From assembly GCA_001825665.1 (NCBI GenBank), contig MHXZ01000078.1, positions 5,729-69,728 on the forward strand: a DNA stretch of 64,000 nt, written 5' to 3'. Origin of the DNA: Planctomycetes bacterium GWF2_41_51 (GTDB lineage Bacteria; Planctomycetota; Phycisphaerae; Sedimentisphaerales; UBA12454). This document shows positions 17,980 to 28,226 of the stretch, in pieces. The translations under genes and the position numbers were made by a program. Below the pieces are notes generated by a model. That model was not told where the DNA came from, made no database searches, and saw only the letters and a list, made by a program, of their open reading frames with translations. Within the stretch, counting starts at the first letter, position 1. Each line of letters begins with the position of its first letter.

Positions 17980-18005
17980 TCTGCGTAATCAGTGATTAAA
18001 AAAAA
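17968..18005 (+). repeat. tandem 9-nt repeat, locus A: AAATCTGTG TAATCTGCG TAATCAGTG + ATTAAAAAAAA
   Basis: Read directly. Overlaps the stop codon at 17977-17979. Nearly identical array at 26016-26051. Confidence 0.7.
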
Positions 18006-18093
18006 TGTGCCTTTGCTGAAGCGAAGCGGAAGCCGCCGGATCTTCAGGAATTTTATTCCTTGAAAATAAAATTCAGAGGGGGTGTCTTAGCGG

Positions 18094-19896
18094 CTACCGA
18101 TTGTGCTTTCGCAAATGGATTTGAACAATCATAATATCAGCGGGGGTGATTCCGCCGATTCGGCCAGCCTGACCGAGTGTCGCGGGTTTGAATTTCTTTA
18201 ATTTCTCTTTCGCTTCCGCGCGCAGATGTTCAACTTTATCATAATTAAGCCCATCGGGCAATTTAAGCTTTTCATCCTTCTGATATTGCGCTATCGCCTT
18301 TTCTTCTTTTATAAGATAGCCTTCATATTTAGCGTCCGTCATTACGCTTTCAATCACATCTTCTTTAAAATTTGCAAATGGAATTTCAGATTTAATAGAC
18401 TGCTGCGGCTGCTTGAGATATTCCCAGAGAGACTTTCCTTCTTTTCGAGTGGTTTTCAAAAATTCAGTGAACGCTTTTATCTGCTCTTGTTTAAGAAGAA
18501 ATTTTTTCCAGCGGCTATCTCCGACAAGACCAATTTCCCTTCCGATTTGCGTCAGTCTCGTATCTGCGTTATCGCTGCGAAGACTCATCCGCCACTCCGC
18601 TCTCGACGTAAACATCCTGTAAGGCTCATCGATTTCCCTCGTGAGCAAATCATCGACCATAACGCCGATGTACGCCTGGTCTCGCCGAAGAACCAGCGGC
18701 TCTTTTCCATCGAGTAGTCTCGCCGCGTTGATTCCGGCCATAATTCCCTGGCCTGCCGCTTCTTCATAGCCGCTTGTTCCGTTGATTTGGCCTGCGAGAA
18801 ACAGCCCCTTGATTTTTCGCGTTTCAAGACTCGGCTTTAGCTGTATCGCCGGACAATAATCGTATTCTATAGCATAAGCGTAATGAACAATTTTTGCGTT
18901 TTCAGTGCCGACCATCAATTTTATCATCTGCTCCTGAACATCTTCGGGAACCGATGTGCTTATTCCATTGCAGTAAATCGTTCTGCACTGCTCATCTTCA
19001 GGTTCAAGAAAAACCTGATGACGCGTCTTATCTGAGAACCTCAAAATTTTAGTTTCAATGCTCGGACAATACCGCGGCCCGGTAGTTTTAATCTGACCGG
19101 TATAAAGCGGCGCACGGTCCATATTATCCATAAGGAGTTTATGAATTTTTTCATTGGTGTAAGTAATCCAGCACGGAATCTGTTTGCGCGTGATGGATTC
19201 AGTTAAAAATGAAAACGGCGAAGGCTTTTCGTCGCCATATTGTACTTGCGTTTTGTCATAGTCGATGGTTTTTGCATCAAGCCTTGCAGGTGTTCCGGTT
19301 TTCAATCGCCCAACATCAAGCCCAAGTTTTCGCAGGCTCTCCGATAGTTCGTTTGAGGCGGGTTCATCGAGTCTTCCGCCCGGCCATTGTTTTGTTCCGG
19401 TGTGCATTATGCCTTTAAGAAAAGTTCCGGTGGTAACGATTACCGCAGCGGCATTGAAAATTCTGCCGTCAGTGCAGGAGATGCCTGTTACCTGATTATC
19501 TTCGACGAGAATGTCAGCGGCAAGAGCTTCGATGATTGTAAGATTTTTAGTTTGTTCGAGCAGGCTGCGAATGCACGCTGAATATTTATATTTATCGATT
19601 TGTGCGCGAGGCGATTGAACTGCCGCACCTTTCGAGCGGTTGAGCAATCTGAATTGTATTCCGGTCGCATCAGTTGCGATTCCCATCAGGCCGCCCAGCG
19701 CATCGACTTCCTTTACGATTTGGCCTTTTGCGATTCCGCCGATTGCCGGATTGCAGCTTGCTTTTGCGATTGTGTCTTTGCTGATGGTAAGAAGAAGCGT
19801 TTTTGCGCCGATTTTCGCCGCCGCGTGCGCCGCTTCCGCTCCTGCGTGTCCGCCGCCAATTACTATACAATCAAATTTATTATTATATTGTTCCAT
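18094..19896 (-). CDS. mnmG: tRNA uridine 5-carboxymethylaminomethyl modification enzyme MnmG (GidA)
   Basis: DCIVIGGGHAGAEAA FAD motif; full-length similarity pattern to GidA (600 aa). Confidence 0.97.
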   Translation of the reverse strand: MEQYNNKFDCIVIGGGHAGAEAAHAAAKIGAKTLLLTISKDTIAKASCNPAIGGIAKGQIVKEVDALGGLMGIATDATGIQFRLLNRSKGAAVQSPRAQIDKYKYSACIRSLLEQTKNLTIIEALAADILVEDNQVTGISCTDGRIFNAAAVIVTTGTFLKGIMHTGTKQWPGGRLDEPASNELSESLRKLGLDVGRLKTGTPARLDAKTIDYDKTQVQYGDEKPSPFSFLTESITRKQIPCWITYTNEKIHKLLMDNMDRAPLYTGQIKTTGPRYCPSIETKILRFSDKTRHQVFLEPEDEQCRTIYCNGISTSVPEDVQEQMIKLMVGTENAKIVHYAYAIEYDYCPAIQLKPSLETRKIKGLFLAGQINGTSGYEEAAGQGIMAGINAARLLDGKEPLVLRRDQAYIGVMVDDLLTREIDEPYRMFTSRAEWRMSLRSDNADTRLTQIGREIGLVGDSRWKKFLLKQEQIKAFTEFLKTTRKEGKSLWEYLKQPQQSIKSEIPFANFKEDVIESVMTDAKYEGYLIKEEKAIAQYQKDEKLKLPDGLNYDKVEHLRAEAKEKLKKFKPATLGQAGRIGGITPADIMIVQIHLRKHNR

Positions 19897-19955
19897 TAAA
19901 AATTATTATCTGTGTATTGAATATATTTAGGTGTAAAATTAGTGTTCATTCGTGT

Positions 19956-20342
19956 TTAATTATCTGTAAGCGCAGTCGCCGATGCCATAACAAAATTGGC
20001 GGTATGACTGATACTCAAACTTATTTCCCCAATTTTCATTTCACGTGCGATTTTTTCCACTTCGCCGCTGAGAGTAACCTGCGGCTGGCCGAGCGGATTA
20101 TTTACAATCTCAATATCCGTCCACGCGATTTTGCCGCGCCAGCCTGTGCCGAGAAGTTTCAGCACCGCTTCTTTTGCCGCGAACCTGCCGGAAAGTTTTT
20201 CAATACGGTTTTTAACACCGTCAGCCTGCTTCTGTTCAGCCGGTGTAAAAACCCTATCCAGAAAATGGCATCCGTGCCGCTCGAGCATCTGCTCGATTCG
20301 CGGACAATCAACCAAATCTATGCCGTGAAGAATTCTTTTCAT
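19956..20342 (-). CDS. acpS: holo-[acyl-carrier-protein] synthase
   Basis: GIDLVDCPRIEQ, FAAKEAVLK and ISHT motifs; 128 aa. Confidence 0.9.
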   Translation of the reverse strand: MKRILHGIDLVDCPRIEQMLERHGCHFLDRVFTPAEQKQADGVKNRIEKLSGRFAAKEAVLKLLGTGWRGKIAWTDIEIVNNPLGQPQVTLSGEVEKIAREMKIGEISLSISHTANFVMASATALTDN

Positions 20343-21487
20343 TATTTCTCTGTGGCTCTTAAATCGATATACGCCTTCTCAAGACAATATTCTATAAACT
20401 GGTCTGCGTAAGTCAAATCGACCTGCGCGATAATTTTATTCATCATTTCATCAACTGTTTTTTTGCGTTTCTCGAAATGCATTCTCGCTTCGACCTCGTT
20501 TTGAACCTGCTCGAAAGACTGGCTGACCGCGGGCGTTTTATTTTCGAGCTTCACGACAAAAATATGTTTTTCCGATGTAAATGGTTCGCTCGTATCGCCG
20601 ATGTTCATTTTTTCAGATGCTTTTTCAATCGCGTCGTATGGTTTTGCAAGTGTGCCCGGCACGACAGGTTTCCACAATCCGCCGTTGGCCGCTGCATAAT
20701 CGTGCGAATATTTTTTCGCAAGCTCATTGAAATCTTCGCCATTTTTTATTCGTTCACAAATTTCTGCTGCAAGCAGTTGCCCCTTTTCCTCGAGATTTGC
20801 GTTCGGGTCGTTCGGCTCATATAACTTCCCCGGCTCGATATCAATAACCCTGAAAGTCAACTGCCCTTTCTGCTCGTAATATTGATTCTTTATTTGGTTA
20901 TAATACCCCAGAAGCTCGGAATGCGTTATCGGCTTTTCATCTTTCAGTTCTTCCGATATAAACGACTGCACGAGTATCGCTCTTCTCTGTTCTTTATAGA
21001 AATCCTGCCAGTTCGTTCCCATTTTTTTCAGCAGCTTTTCCACTTCCGCGTAGTTTCCGCCGCAGCGCGCGATAAATTTCTGCACTTCATCTTCGACAAT
21101 TTTATCGATAATTTCATCATCAACATTTTCCGGCAGCGCTGCTCTGGCCTTCTGGTATAATTTTATATCCGCCACTTTCTGAACAAGCACACCTGACAAC
21201 ACAGGCGTCGCGTCTTTTATAAATTGACCGTAATCTTCCGTCTTGGCAAGCTCCGTTAATTTCGTTTGAACAGGTTTGATGATTTCATCAGCGGTAATGG
21301 CTGACGACTCGATCGAAAGAACAAGCCCGCCGGAAGGCACAGGCATATCCGGCATTTCGCTCGGCGGATTTATCGCTGCCAATCGCTGCGGATCGACATC
21401 AGGCGCCTTGGCAGCCTCTTCGCAGCCGTAAAAAAACATAATACCAAGACTTACTGTCAATATTACAAAAATCGTTTTTGTTTTCAT
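20342..21487 (-). CDS. SurA/PpiC-type peptidyl-prolyl isomerase lipoprotein
   Basis: Signal peptide with lipobox (FFYGC). Parvulin domain near the C-terminus (ELAKKYSHD...GGLW). Confidence 0.8.
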   Translation of the reverse strand: MKTKTIFVILTVSLGIMFFYGCEEAAKAPDVDPQRLAAINPPSEMPDMPVPSGGLVLSIESSAITADEIIKPVQTKLTELAKTEDYGQFIKDATPVLSGVLVQKVADIKLYQKARAALPENVDDEIIDKIVEDEVQKFIARCGGNYAEVEKLLKKMGTNWQDFYKEQRRAILVQSFISEELKDEKPITHSELLGYYNQIKNQYYEQKGQLTFRVIDIEPGKLYEPNDPNANLEEKGQLLAAEICERIKNGEDFNELAKKYSHDYAAANGGLWKPVVPGTLAKPYDAIEKASEKMNIGDTSEPFTSEKHIFVVKLENKTPAVSQSFEQVQNEVEARMHFEKRKKTVDEMMNKIIAQVDLTYADQFIEYCLEKAYIDLRATEK

Positions 21488-21529
21488 AAAACTTCCTGTT
21501 TAATCTATCGGCCGCGATTATAGTCCATT

Positions 21530-24500
21530 CTATACTTTTTTGCGAAGAATTTTTCTGAGCACCGCGCATACCGTATCCGGTTCAAGATATTTCCTGTCGA
21601 GCCTGATATAAACTGTCAAAGCGTCTGGAATCCGCAATTTACCCGGCGCCCTGGCAAAAATATCGATAGCTTTTTTCGGATTGTCTTTTTCCATAGAGAA
21701 AATTATATCATTGCCGCTTATATTAATCGCACGAATACCGACTTCCGATGCGAGAATCCTGATTTCCGCAAGTTCCAGCAGTTTTTGCACTTCCGGACAA
21801 ATACGCCCAAATAAATCATTAAGTTCATCTTCAAGCTGTTTCAAATCCTGCGCACTTCTCGCCGCCGCGATTCGCCGATAAACGTTCATCCTCTGTGAAT
21901 CCGACTGAATATAATTTCGCGGAACATAAATCGAAAATCCCAAATCGATAACAGCCGCCGGTTCCTTTTCCACTGGCGCATTTTTTAATCTGCGAACCGC
22001 ATCGCTCAATAATTTACAGAAAAGCTCGAATCCGATTGTATTGATATGCCCCGACTGTTCAGGCCCCAGAATATTCCCCGCTCCCCGAATTTCCAGATCA
22101 CGCAGCGCAATTTTAAATCCCGCCCCAAGCTGCGAATATTCTTCAATTACCTTTAAACGTTTAACTGCCGTCGGCGTAACCGTTCGATGCTGCGGCAAAA
22201 GCATATACGCATAAGCCCTGTGTTTGAACCGCCCGACCCTGCCGCGAAGCTGATGAAGCTGCGCAAGCCCGAACCGGTCAGCATCATTTATAATAATCGT
22301 ATTGGCGTTTGGAATATCGATGCCCGACTCGATTATCGCCGAACAAATCAGAACATCAATCTGGCCGAGCACAAATTTTACCATCGCTTTTTCAAGTTCA
22401 TGTTTGTGCATCTGTCCGTGCGCAATATCGATTCTCACATCAGGCAGCAATTTCTGAATGTCGTCCCGGAATTTCTTTATCGACTGCACCCTGTTATGAA
22501 CGAGGAATATCTGCCCCTGTCTGTTCAGCTCGAAAAGTATCGCGCGTTTAATTGTTTCATTATCGAATTTCTTAACCTGCGTAACAACCGCTCTCCTGTC
22601 CAGCGGCGGAGTTGCCAGCGAGCTTATATCACGCAATCCGAGCATCGCAATATGCAGCGTTCGCGGAATCGGCGTCGCCGTCATTGTCAGCACATCGACA
22701 TTAACTCTCATTCTTTTCAATTTCTCTTTATGCTCAACGCCAAATCTCTGCTCTTCATCGATAATCAGCAGCCCCAAATCCTTAAATCCAACATCGCCGC
22801 TCAAAATCCTATGCGTACCAATAAGAATATCGACACCGCCTTGTTTTGTGTGTTTAACAATTTCAGAAGCCTGCTTCTTAGTTTTAAATCTGTTCACCGA
22901 TTCAATCGAGATGGGAAAATCCGCGAACCGCTGCCTGAAAGTTCTTTCGTGCTGAACGCACAAAACCGTAGTCGGCACAAGCACCGCAACCTGTTTGCCC
23001 GCCTCAACAGCTTTGAACGCCGCCCTCATCGCAAGCTCTGTTTTGCCGTACCCGACATCGCCGCAAAGCAGCCTGTCCATCGGCACAGGTTTCTGCATAT
23101 CTGCTTTGATATACTCACTGACCGTTTCCTGGTCAGGCGTTTCCTCGTACAAAAATGATTCTTCGAATTCCCGCTGCCAATTCGTATCAGGCCCGTAAGC
23201 AATCCCCGGCATACTTTGCCGTTTGGCCTGCATCTCAAGAAGTTCTGATGCAAGGTCATTAACCGCCTGCGCCGCTTTTTCTTTCTGCTTCTCCCATTTT
23301 TTCGTACCGATTGTGCTGAGCTTCGGCCTTATCGCCGTTGTGCCGACATATTTCTGCACGAAACCAATATTCTGCATCGGCACGTGAATCAAAACATTAT
23401 CAGCAAATTGAATGGTCAGAAATTCTTTATTGGTACCGTCTTTTTCAATCGTCTCAATGCCTTTGAATTTCCCGATTCCGTAATTTATGTGAACAACATA
23501 ATCGCCTTTATTCAAATCCGCCGCCGTATCAATCGAGGTTGCCGCACTGATTGGCCGAATCGTTCTTCGTACAACTGTTTGCCCGAACAATTCATGATGT
23601 GTCGCCGTGATAGTTTTAATATCATCGATAATAAACCCGCGATGAATAAAACCGACCACAAGGCGAAATTTTTCAGGTAATTTTTTTATGTCCTGCCCGA
23701 TAATTTCCTGAATCCTTTTTACTTCCGCGTCGGCCTGGCAATACAAATAAACATCCCAACCCGTTTGCGCAAGCTCCGCCAACTGCTGCAGCGCAGCCCT
23801 GTGTCCCGACCAGCCCGGCACACCTTTAGCCTCAAACTGCTGTGTGCTTTTTATTCGCAGCTCGATACTGTCCTCGCCCTGTGCAAACCTGCTGATATGA
23901 ACCTGTTTAAATTCGGAAATCTTCTTATAAATTTCTTCCCACTTATAAAGTCCGCCCGGCTTTTCAACTCTGCGAACAAAAACATCCGCCACATCCTGTA
24001 CTTCCGTCGGCTCTTCGATAAAGATTATCGTCTCCGGCTCAAGGGTATTCAGAAAGAGCGTCGAATTTTTTAGATTATCATCCGTTGTGCCGGAAGTAAT
24101 TGTAATATTATCGATATGACCTGCCGAACGTTGCGAATCGAGGTCGATTTTCCTTATGCTTTCAATTTCATCGCCGAAATATTCAATCCTCACCGCCACC
24201 GGCTGATTTGCCTGCGCCGTTACCGGTGCGAAAATATCAATTATGCCGCCTCGCCTTACGAACTGGCCCGGCAAATCGATTCGTTCCACCGCCTCAAAAC
24301 CGTTGTCGACAAGCCACTGGCAGACTTTTTCCATTTCAATCGTCCGCCCCTTTACGAGAGACAATCCTCGTTCAAGCAATTCACCCGGCTTCGGCACCGG
24401 CTGTATTAGCGCTTGAATCGATGCTGAAATTATCCCCGGCTGCTGCTCAGATACAATTTTAAGAACGAGTCTTGCCCGTGCAGATGCGGTTTCATCTGTA

Positions 24501-24763
24501 GCATCAATTATTTCTTCGCCCGCCCAGCCCGGCAGCGTTTCGACATTTTTACTTCCGAATGTGATTAGATCATCGACCGCGTTATCTGCATCGTCGAGAT
24601 GTCTGCTGATATAAAGAAGTGGTCTTCCGGTTTGCTGATGAATATGCAGTGCCAGTAAAGGCGCAAAGGATCCCCACGTCCCGGCAATTTTAACCACCCT
24701 GTTATCAGCGGCTTTCACACGGGATATCAACTCCTGAACGCTATTTAATTTGTCTATATCCAA
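21530..24763 (-). CDS. mfd: transcription-repair coupling factor
   Basis: 1077 aa. Helicase motifs GDVGYGKTE and DEEQRFGV, plus UvrB-like N-terminal and TRG regions. TTG start. Confidence 0.95.
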   Translation of the reverse strand: MDIDKLNSVQELISRVKAADNRVVKIAGTWGSFAPLLALHIHQQTGRPLLYISRHLDDADNAVDDLITFGSKNVETLPGWAGEEIIDATDETASARARLVLKIVSEQQPGIISASIQALIQPVPKPGELLERGLSLVKGRTIEMEKVCQWLVDNGFEAVERIDLPGQFVRRGGIIDIFAPVTAQANQPVAVRIEYFGDEIESIRKIDLDSQRSAGHIDNITITSGTTDDNLKNSTLFLNTLEPETIIFIEEPTEVQDVADVFVRRVEKPGGLYKWEEIYKKISEFKQVHISRFAQGEDSIELRIKSTQQFEAKGVPGWSGHRAALQQLAELAQTGWDVYLYCQADAEVKRIQEIIGQDIKKLPEKFRLVVGFIHRGFIIDDIKTITATHHELFGQTVVRRTIRPISAATSIDTAADLNKGDYVVHINYGIGKFKGIETIEKDGTNKEFLTIQFADNVLIHVPMQNIGFVQKYVGTTAIRPKLSTIGTKKWEKQKEKAAQAVNDLASELLEMQAKRQSMPGIAYGPDTNWQREFEESFLYEETPDQETVSEYIKADMQKPVPMDRLLCGDVGYGKTELAMRAAFKAVEAGKQVAVLVPTTVLCVQHERTFRQRFADFPISIESVNRFKTKKQASEIVKHTKQGGVDILIGTHRILSGDVGFKDLGLLIIDEEQRFGVEHKEKLKRMRVNVDVLTMTATPIPRTLHIAMLGLRDISSLATPPLDRRAVVTQVKKFDNETIKRAILFELNRQGQIFLVHNRVQSIKKFRDDIQKLLPDVRIDIAHGQMHKHELEKAMVKFVLGQIDVLICSAIIESGIDIPNANTIIINDADRFGLAQLHQLRGRVGRFKHRAYAYMLLPQHRTVTPTAVKRLKVIEEYSQLGAGFKIALRDLEIRGAGNILGPEQSGHINTIGFELFCKLLSDAVRRLKNAPVEKEPAAVIDLGFSIYVPRNYIQSDSQRMNVYRRIAAARSAQDLKQLEDELNDLFGRICPEVQKLLELAEIRILASEVGIRAINISGNDIIFSMEKDNPKKAIDIFARAPGKLRIPDALTVYIRLDRKYLEPDTVCAVLRKILRKKV

Positions 24764-24875
24764 GAAACTTAAAACTAAAAGTTTAAAGCTAAAAATTATG
24801 GATTCGCCTTCGGCGATATTAGTTTTAATTTTTAAGTTTTGGTTTTTAGCTTTTAGCTTTAACTTTTAAACTTTC
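24764..24875. repeat. AT-rich imperfect palindrome built of AAAGCT/AAAACT/AAAGTT units around a small GC hairpin
   Basis: Left arm GAAACTTAAAACTAAAAGTTTAAAGCTAAAAA; right arm TTTTTAGCTTTTAGCTTTAACTTTTAAACTTTC; centre TCGCC-TTC-GGCGA. Fills the pfk-mfd spacer. Confidence 0.5.
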
Positions 24876-25970
24876 TTAGTCGCCAAAACACGTATTTACG
24901 CCTCTGGCAGCCGCAATCAGCGGTGAATTCACCGGCACTTTCCGCACCTTGCCCGCAACCTGTGCAAGCGGAACGCTCGATACCTGATTATTTTTCCAAA
25001 CTACCAGCCGATTCTTTTTCCCGCTGACAACCAGTTCCAGTGCTGCATGCCCAAAACTTGTCGCAAGAACCCTGTCGTGCGCCGTCGGCCTGCCTCCTCG
25101 CTGAACATAGCCGAGCGTTACACTGCGAGTTTCAAGCCCAAGGCTCATCTCAATCTGCCCCGCAAGTTTATTCGCTATTCCGCCAAGCCGAATCGTCTCT
25201 GGACTGTATGCGACCGTTCTCCGCACAACCATTTCGCCGCCGATTTCCTTAGCGCCTTCAGCAACGCAAATAATCGTGTACGTTTTGCCCCAACTGTTTC
25301 GCTGCTTGATAAAGTCGCAAACTTTGTCAAGGCTGTACGGGATTTCCGGAATCAAAATCACATCTGCCCCGCCCGCAACGCCCGCATGCAGCGCAATCCA
25401 TCCTGCGTATCTCCCCATCACTTCCAGCACCATAATTCGATGATGAGCGCTCGCTGTTGTCCGCAATTTATCAATCGCTTCTGTCGCTGTTGTAACAGCC
25501 GTATCGAACCCGAAAGTAACCTCCGTACCCCAAAGATCGTTATCGATTGTTTTCGGAACACCGATAATCGTCATTCCTCTTTCTGCTAATTTCTCTGCGC
25601 TTGTCATTGTCCCATCGCCGCCGATGCAGACAAGCGCATCGATTTTCTTCTGCTTGAGCGTCCTGACGCATGAAGCCGTCAAATCTTTAAATTCGACTTT
25701 TCCGGCTTTGTTTGTATGAGGATATTTTGATGGGTTTGTCGTATTGTTGGATCCCAGAATCGTTCCGCCCGTTTCGAGAATATTGCTGACCTCGCGGTAA
25801 CCCAAAGGGCGAATCCTGTTTTCGATAATCCCCAGAAATCCATCTTCGATTCCCCAGACTTTGATGCCGTATTGAGCGATAGCAGTTTTCGTCACTGCGC
25901 GTATGACTGCGTTAAGTCCCGGACAATCCCCCCCGCCTGTCATTACCGCAATGGTCTTGACCTTTGCCAT
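24876..25970 (-). CDS. pfkA: 6-phosphofructokinase (GGDG type, likely ATP-dependent)
   Basis: MTGGGDCPGLNAVIR, IGGDGT and PKTIDND motifs. Confidence 0.9.
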   Translation of the reverse strand: MAKVKTIAVMTGGGDCPGLNAVIRAVTKTAIAQYGIKVWGIEDGFLGIIENRIRPLGYREVSNILETGGTILGSNNTTNPSKYPHTNKAGKVEFKDLTASCVRTLKQKKIDALVCIGGDGTMTSAEKLAERGMTIIGVPKTIDNDLWGTEVTFGFDTAVTTATEAIDKLRTTASAHHRIMVLEVMGRYAGWIALHAGVAGGADVILIPEIPYSLDKVCDFIKQRNSWGKTYTIICVAEGAKEIGGEMVVRRTVAYSPETIRLGGIANKLAGQIEMSLGLETRSVTLGYVQRGGRPTAHDRVLATSFGHAALELVVSGKKNRLVVWKNNQVSSVPLAQVAGKVRKVPVNSPLIAAARGVNTCFGD

Positions 25971-26015
25971 ATAAGCATCCTTTCAAAAGGAAAGCCTTTT
26001 TCTTGATCTTAATAT

Positions 26016-26051
26016 TAATCAGTGAAATCTGCGTAATCAGCGATAAAAAAA
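26016..26051 (+). repeat. tandem 9-nt repeat, locus B: TAATCAGTG AAATCTGCG TAATCAGCG + ATAAAAAAA
   Basis: Read directly in the tkt-pfk spacer. Same unit family and same orientation as locus A. Confidence 0.7.
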
Positions 26052-26091
26052 TATATTATAAATATTTCTTCGTGTCTTTGTGCCTTAGTGG

Positions 26092-28098
26092 CTATTTTCC
26101 TGCTGCCGCCATCGACTTTTTCGCCGCCGCCGCAACCGCGTCAGCCGTAATGCCGAATTTCTCATAGCATACTTTATAAGGTGCTGATTCGCCAAATCTT
26201 GTCATACCGATAAATTCGCCGTTATCGCCGATATATTTTTCCCAGCCCATTTTGATACCGGCTTCAACCGCGACTCTTGCTTTAACGTTCGGCGGAAGTA
26301 CAGAATCTTTATAAGCCTTATCCTGCTGCTCGAACAATTCCCAGCTTGCAAGGTTAACAACCTGCGCCTTGATATTTTCAGTCGCCAGTTTCTCCGCAGC
26401 CTTCATCGCAATTTCAAGTTCAGAACCAACTCCGATAATTATCACATCCGGCTTAGCCTGGTTGACGACAACATAACCGCCCTTCGCGATATTCGATGCC
26501 GCCGGGTATTTCGTTCGGTCAAGTGTAGGCAAATTCTGTCTTGTCAAAAGCAAAGCTGTCGGCCCGGTTTTATTTTCAAGTGCTATTTTCCAGCAGTACG
26601 CTGCTTCATTCGCATCGCCGGGACGAAGCACAAGCATCTTTGGAATTGCTCGCAGCGCCGCGATATGTTCGATTGGCTGATGGGTCGGCCCGTCTTCACC
26701 GAGACCGATTGTATCATGTGTGAAGACAAATATTGTTTTATATCCGCTCAGTGCCGCCAATCGTACTGATGGTTTCATATAATCGAAGAAGCAGAAGAAC
26801 GTTCCGCCGTAAGCACGAAGCAAATCGCTTGTCCCGATACCGTTCATTATCGCCGCCATCGCGTGCTCACGTACACCGTAACGAATATATCGGCCGGACG
26901 GATTATTTTTTTGGAAGTCTTCAACGCCTTTGAATCTTGTATTATTCGAAGGTGTCAAATCAGCCGAACCGCCAAGTACCAAAGGCATATTCGGCATAAG
27001 TGCATCAAGCGTTTTGCCCGATGCCGTTCGTGTTGCCATTGGTTCGGCCGGGAACGTCGGAAGATTCGTTATCTCCGGATAAGGATTGCTAATCATCTTC
27101 GCAAGGTCAGGATACTGCTGCGAATATTTTTTGAACATCTCATTCCATTGCTTTTCGAGCTGCTCGCCTTTGGCCTTTGTCTTTTGAGTATGTTCGAGAA
27201 CTTCAGCGGGCACAACAAAACTTTGAGAGGGATCCCAGCCGAAATTTTTCTTTATAAGTTTTATTTCGTCATCGCCAAGCGGCGCGCCGTGTGCTGTGTG
27301 AGTATCCTGGAAATTCGGACTGCCGTAGCCGATGTGTGTGCGAAGATTGATAATGCAGGGCCTGTTCTTCTCGGCCTGTGCGTTCTTCAATGCCTTCTCG
27401 AACGAAAGCATATCATTGCCGTCGCCGCCGACAACCTGAACGTACCAGTTATAAGCCTCGAATCTCTTTGCCCTGTCTTCCGTGAATGACAGAGAAGTAT
27501 TTCCATCTATCGAAATATTATTATCATCATAGATAACGATTAAGTTATTCAAACCAAGATGCCCTGCAAGCGAACATGCTTCCGATGCGACGCCTTCCTG
27601 CAAACATCCATCACCGGCGATGGTGTAAATTTTATAATCGAAAAGATTAAAACCTTCTTTATTGAAGTTTGCCGCCAGATATTTCTGAGCGATTGCCATA
27701 CCGACACAATTGCTGATGCCCTGACCAAGCGGCCCTGTTGTCGCTTCTACTCCCGGAGTAAGACCGTACTCTGGATGCCCCGGCGTTTTGCTGCCCCACT
27801 GCCTGAAATTTTTCAATTCTTCAAGACTTAAATCATATCCCGTCAAATACAAAAGCGAGTACAGAAGCATACTTCCGTGACCGGCGCTTAATACGAACCT
27901 ATCCCTGCCGAGCCATTTCGGATTAGCGGGATTGTGTTTCAAATATTTAGTCCAGAGTGTATAAGCTGCCGGAGCCATTCCCATCGGCATACCCGGATGA
28001 CCGGATTTGGCCTTCTGGACTGCATCCATCGAAAGAAATCTTATTGTTTGTACACAAAGTTCATCTAATTCATTTAGACCCGGATTTGTCTTATTCAT
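26092..28098 (-). CDS. tkt: transketolase
   Basis: 668 aa. SGHPG and GDGCLQEG (ThDP) motifs. AAGGAAAG ribosome-binding site. Confidence 0.96.
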   Translation of the reverse strand: MNKTNPGLNELDELCVQTIRFLSMDAVQKAKSGHPGMPMGMAPAAYTLWTKYLKHNPANPKWLGRDRFVLSAGHGSMLLYSLLYLTGYDLSLEELKNFRQWGSKTPGHPEYGLTPGVEATTGPLGQGISNCVGMAIAQKYLAANFNKEGFNLFDYKIYTIAGDGCLQEGVASEACSLAGHLGLNNLIVIYDDNNISIDGNTSLSFTEDRAKRFEAYNWYVQVVGGDGNDMLSFEKALKNAQAEKNRPCIINLRTHIGYGSPNFQDTHTAHGAPLGDDEIKLIKKNFGWDPSQSFVVPAEVLEHTQKTKAKGEQLEKQWNEMFKKYSQQYPDLAKMISNPYPEITNLPTFPAEPMATRTASGKTLDALMPNMPLVLGGSADLTPSNNTRFKGVEDFQKNNPSGRYIRYGVREHAMAAIMNGIGTSDLLRAYGGTFFCFFDYMKPSVRLAALSGYKTIFVFTHDTIGLGEDGPTHQPIEHIAALRAIPKMLVLRPGDANEAAYCWKIALENKTGPTALLLTRQNLPTLDRTKYPAASNIAKGGYVVVNQAKPDVIIIGVGSELEIAMKAAEKLATENIKAQVVNLASWELFEQQDKAYKDSVLPPNVKARVAVEAGIKMGWEKYIGDNGEFIGMTRFGESAPYKVCYEKFGITADAVAAAAKKSMAAAGK

Positions 28099-28226
28099 CG
28101 TCTTTCCTTGTTAAAACATTAAAGACGAGCATAATAAGGCAAAAAGACTAATGTGTCAATATGCGTATGTAACGAAGTTTATCGCGTTTTGCGCTTCACG
28201 ATTCACAAACGACGAGATAAAACATT

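Noticed and set aside
22187-23158. 323-aa plus-strand ORF
   Set aside because: It is antisense to mfd and its product is Arg/Phe/Asn-rich nonsense. The same reasoning applies to 4579-5277(-), 26863-27489(+), 46178-46843(-), 43278-43820(-) and the other short antisense ORFs in the track.
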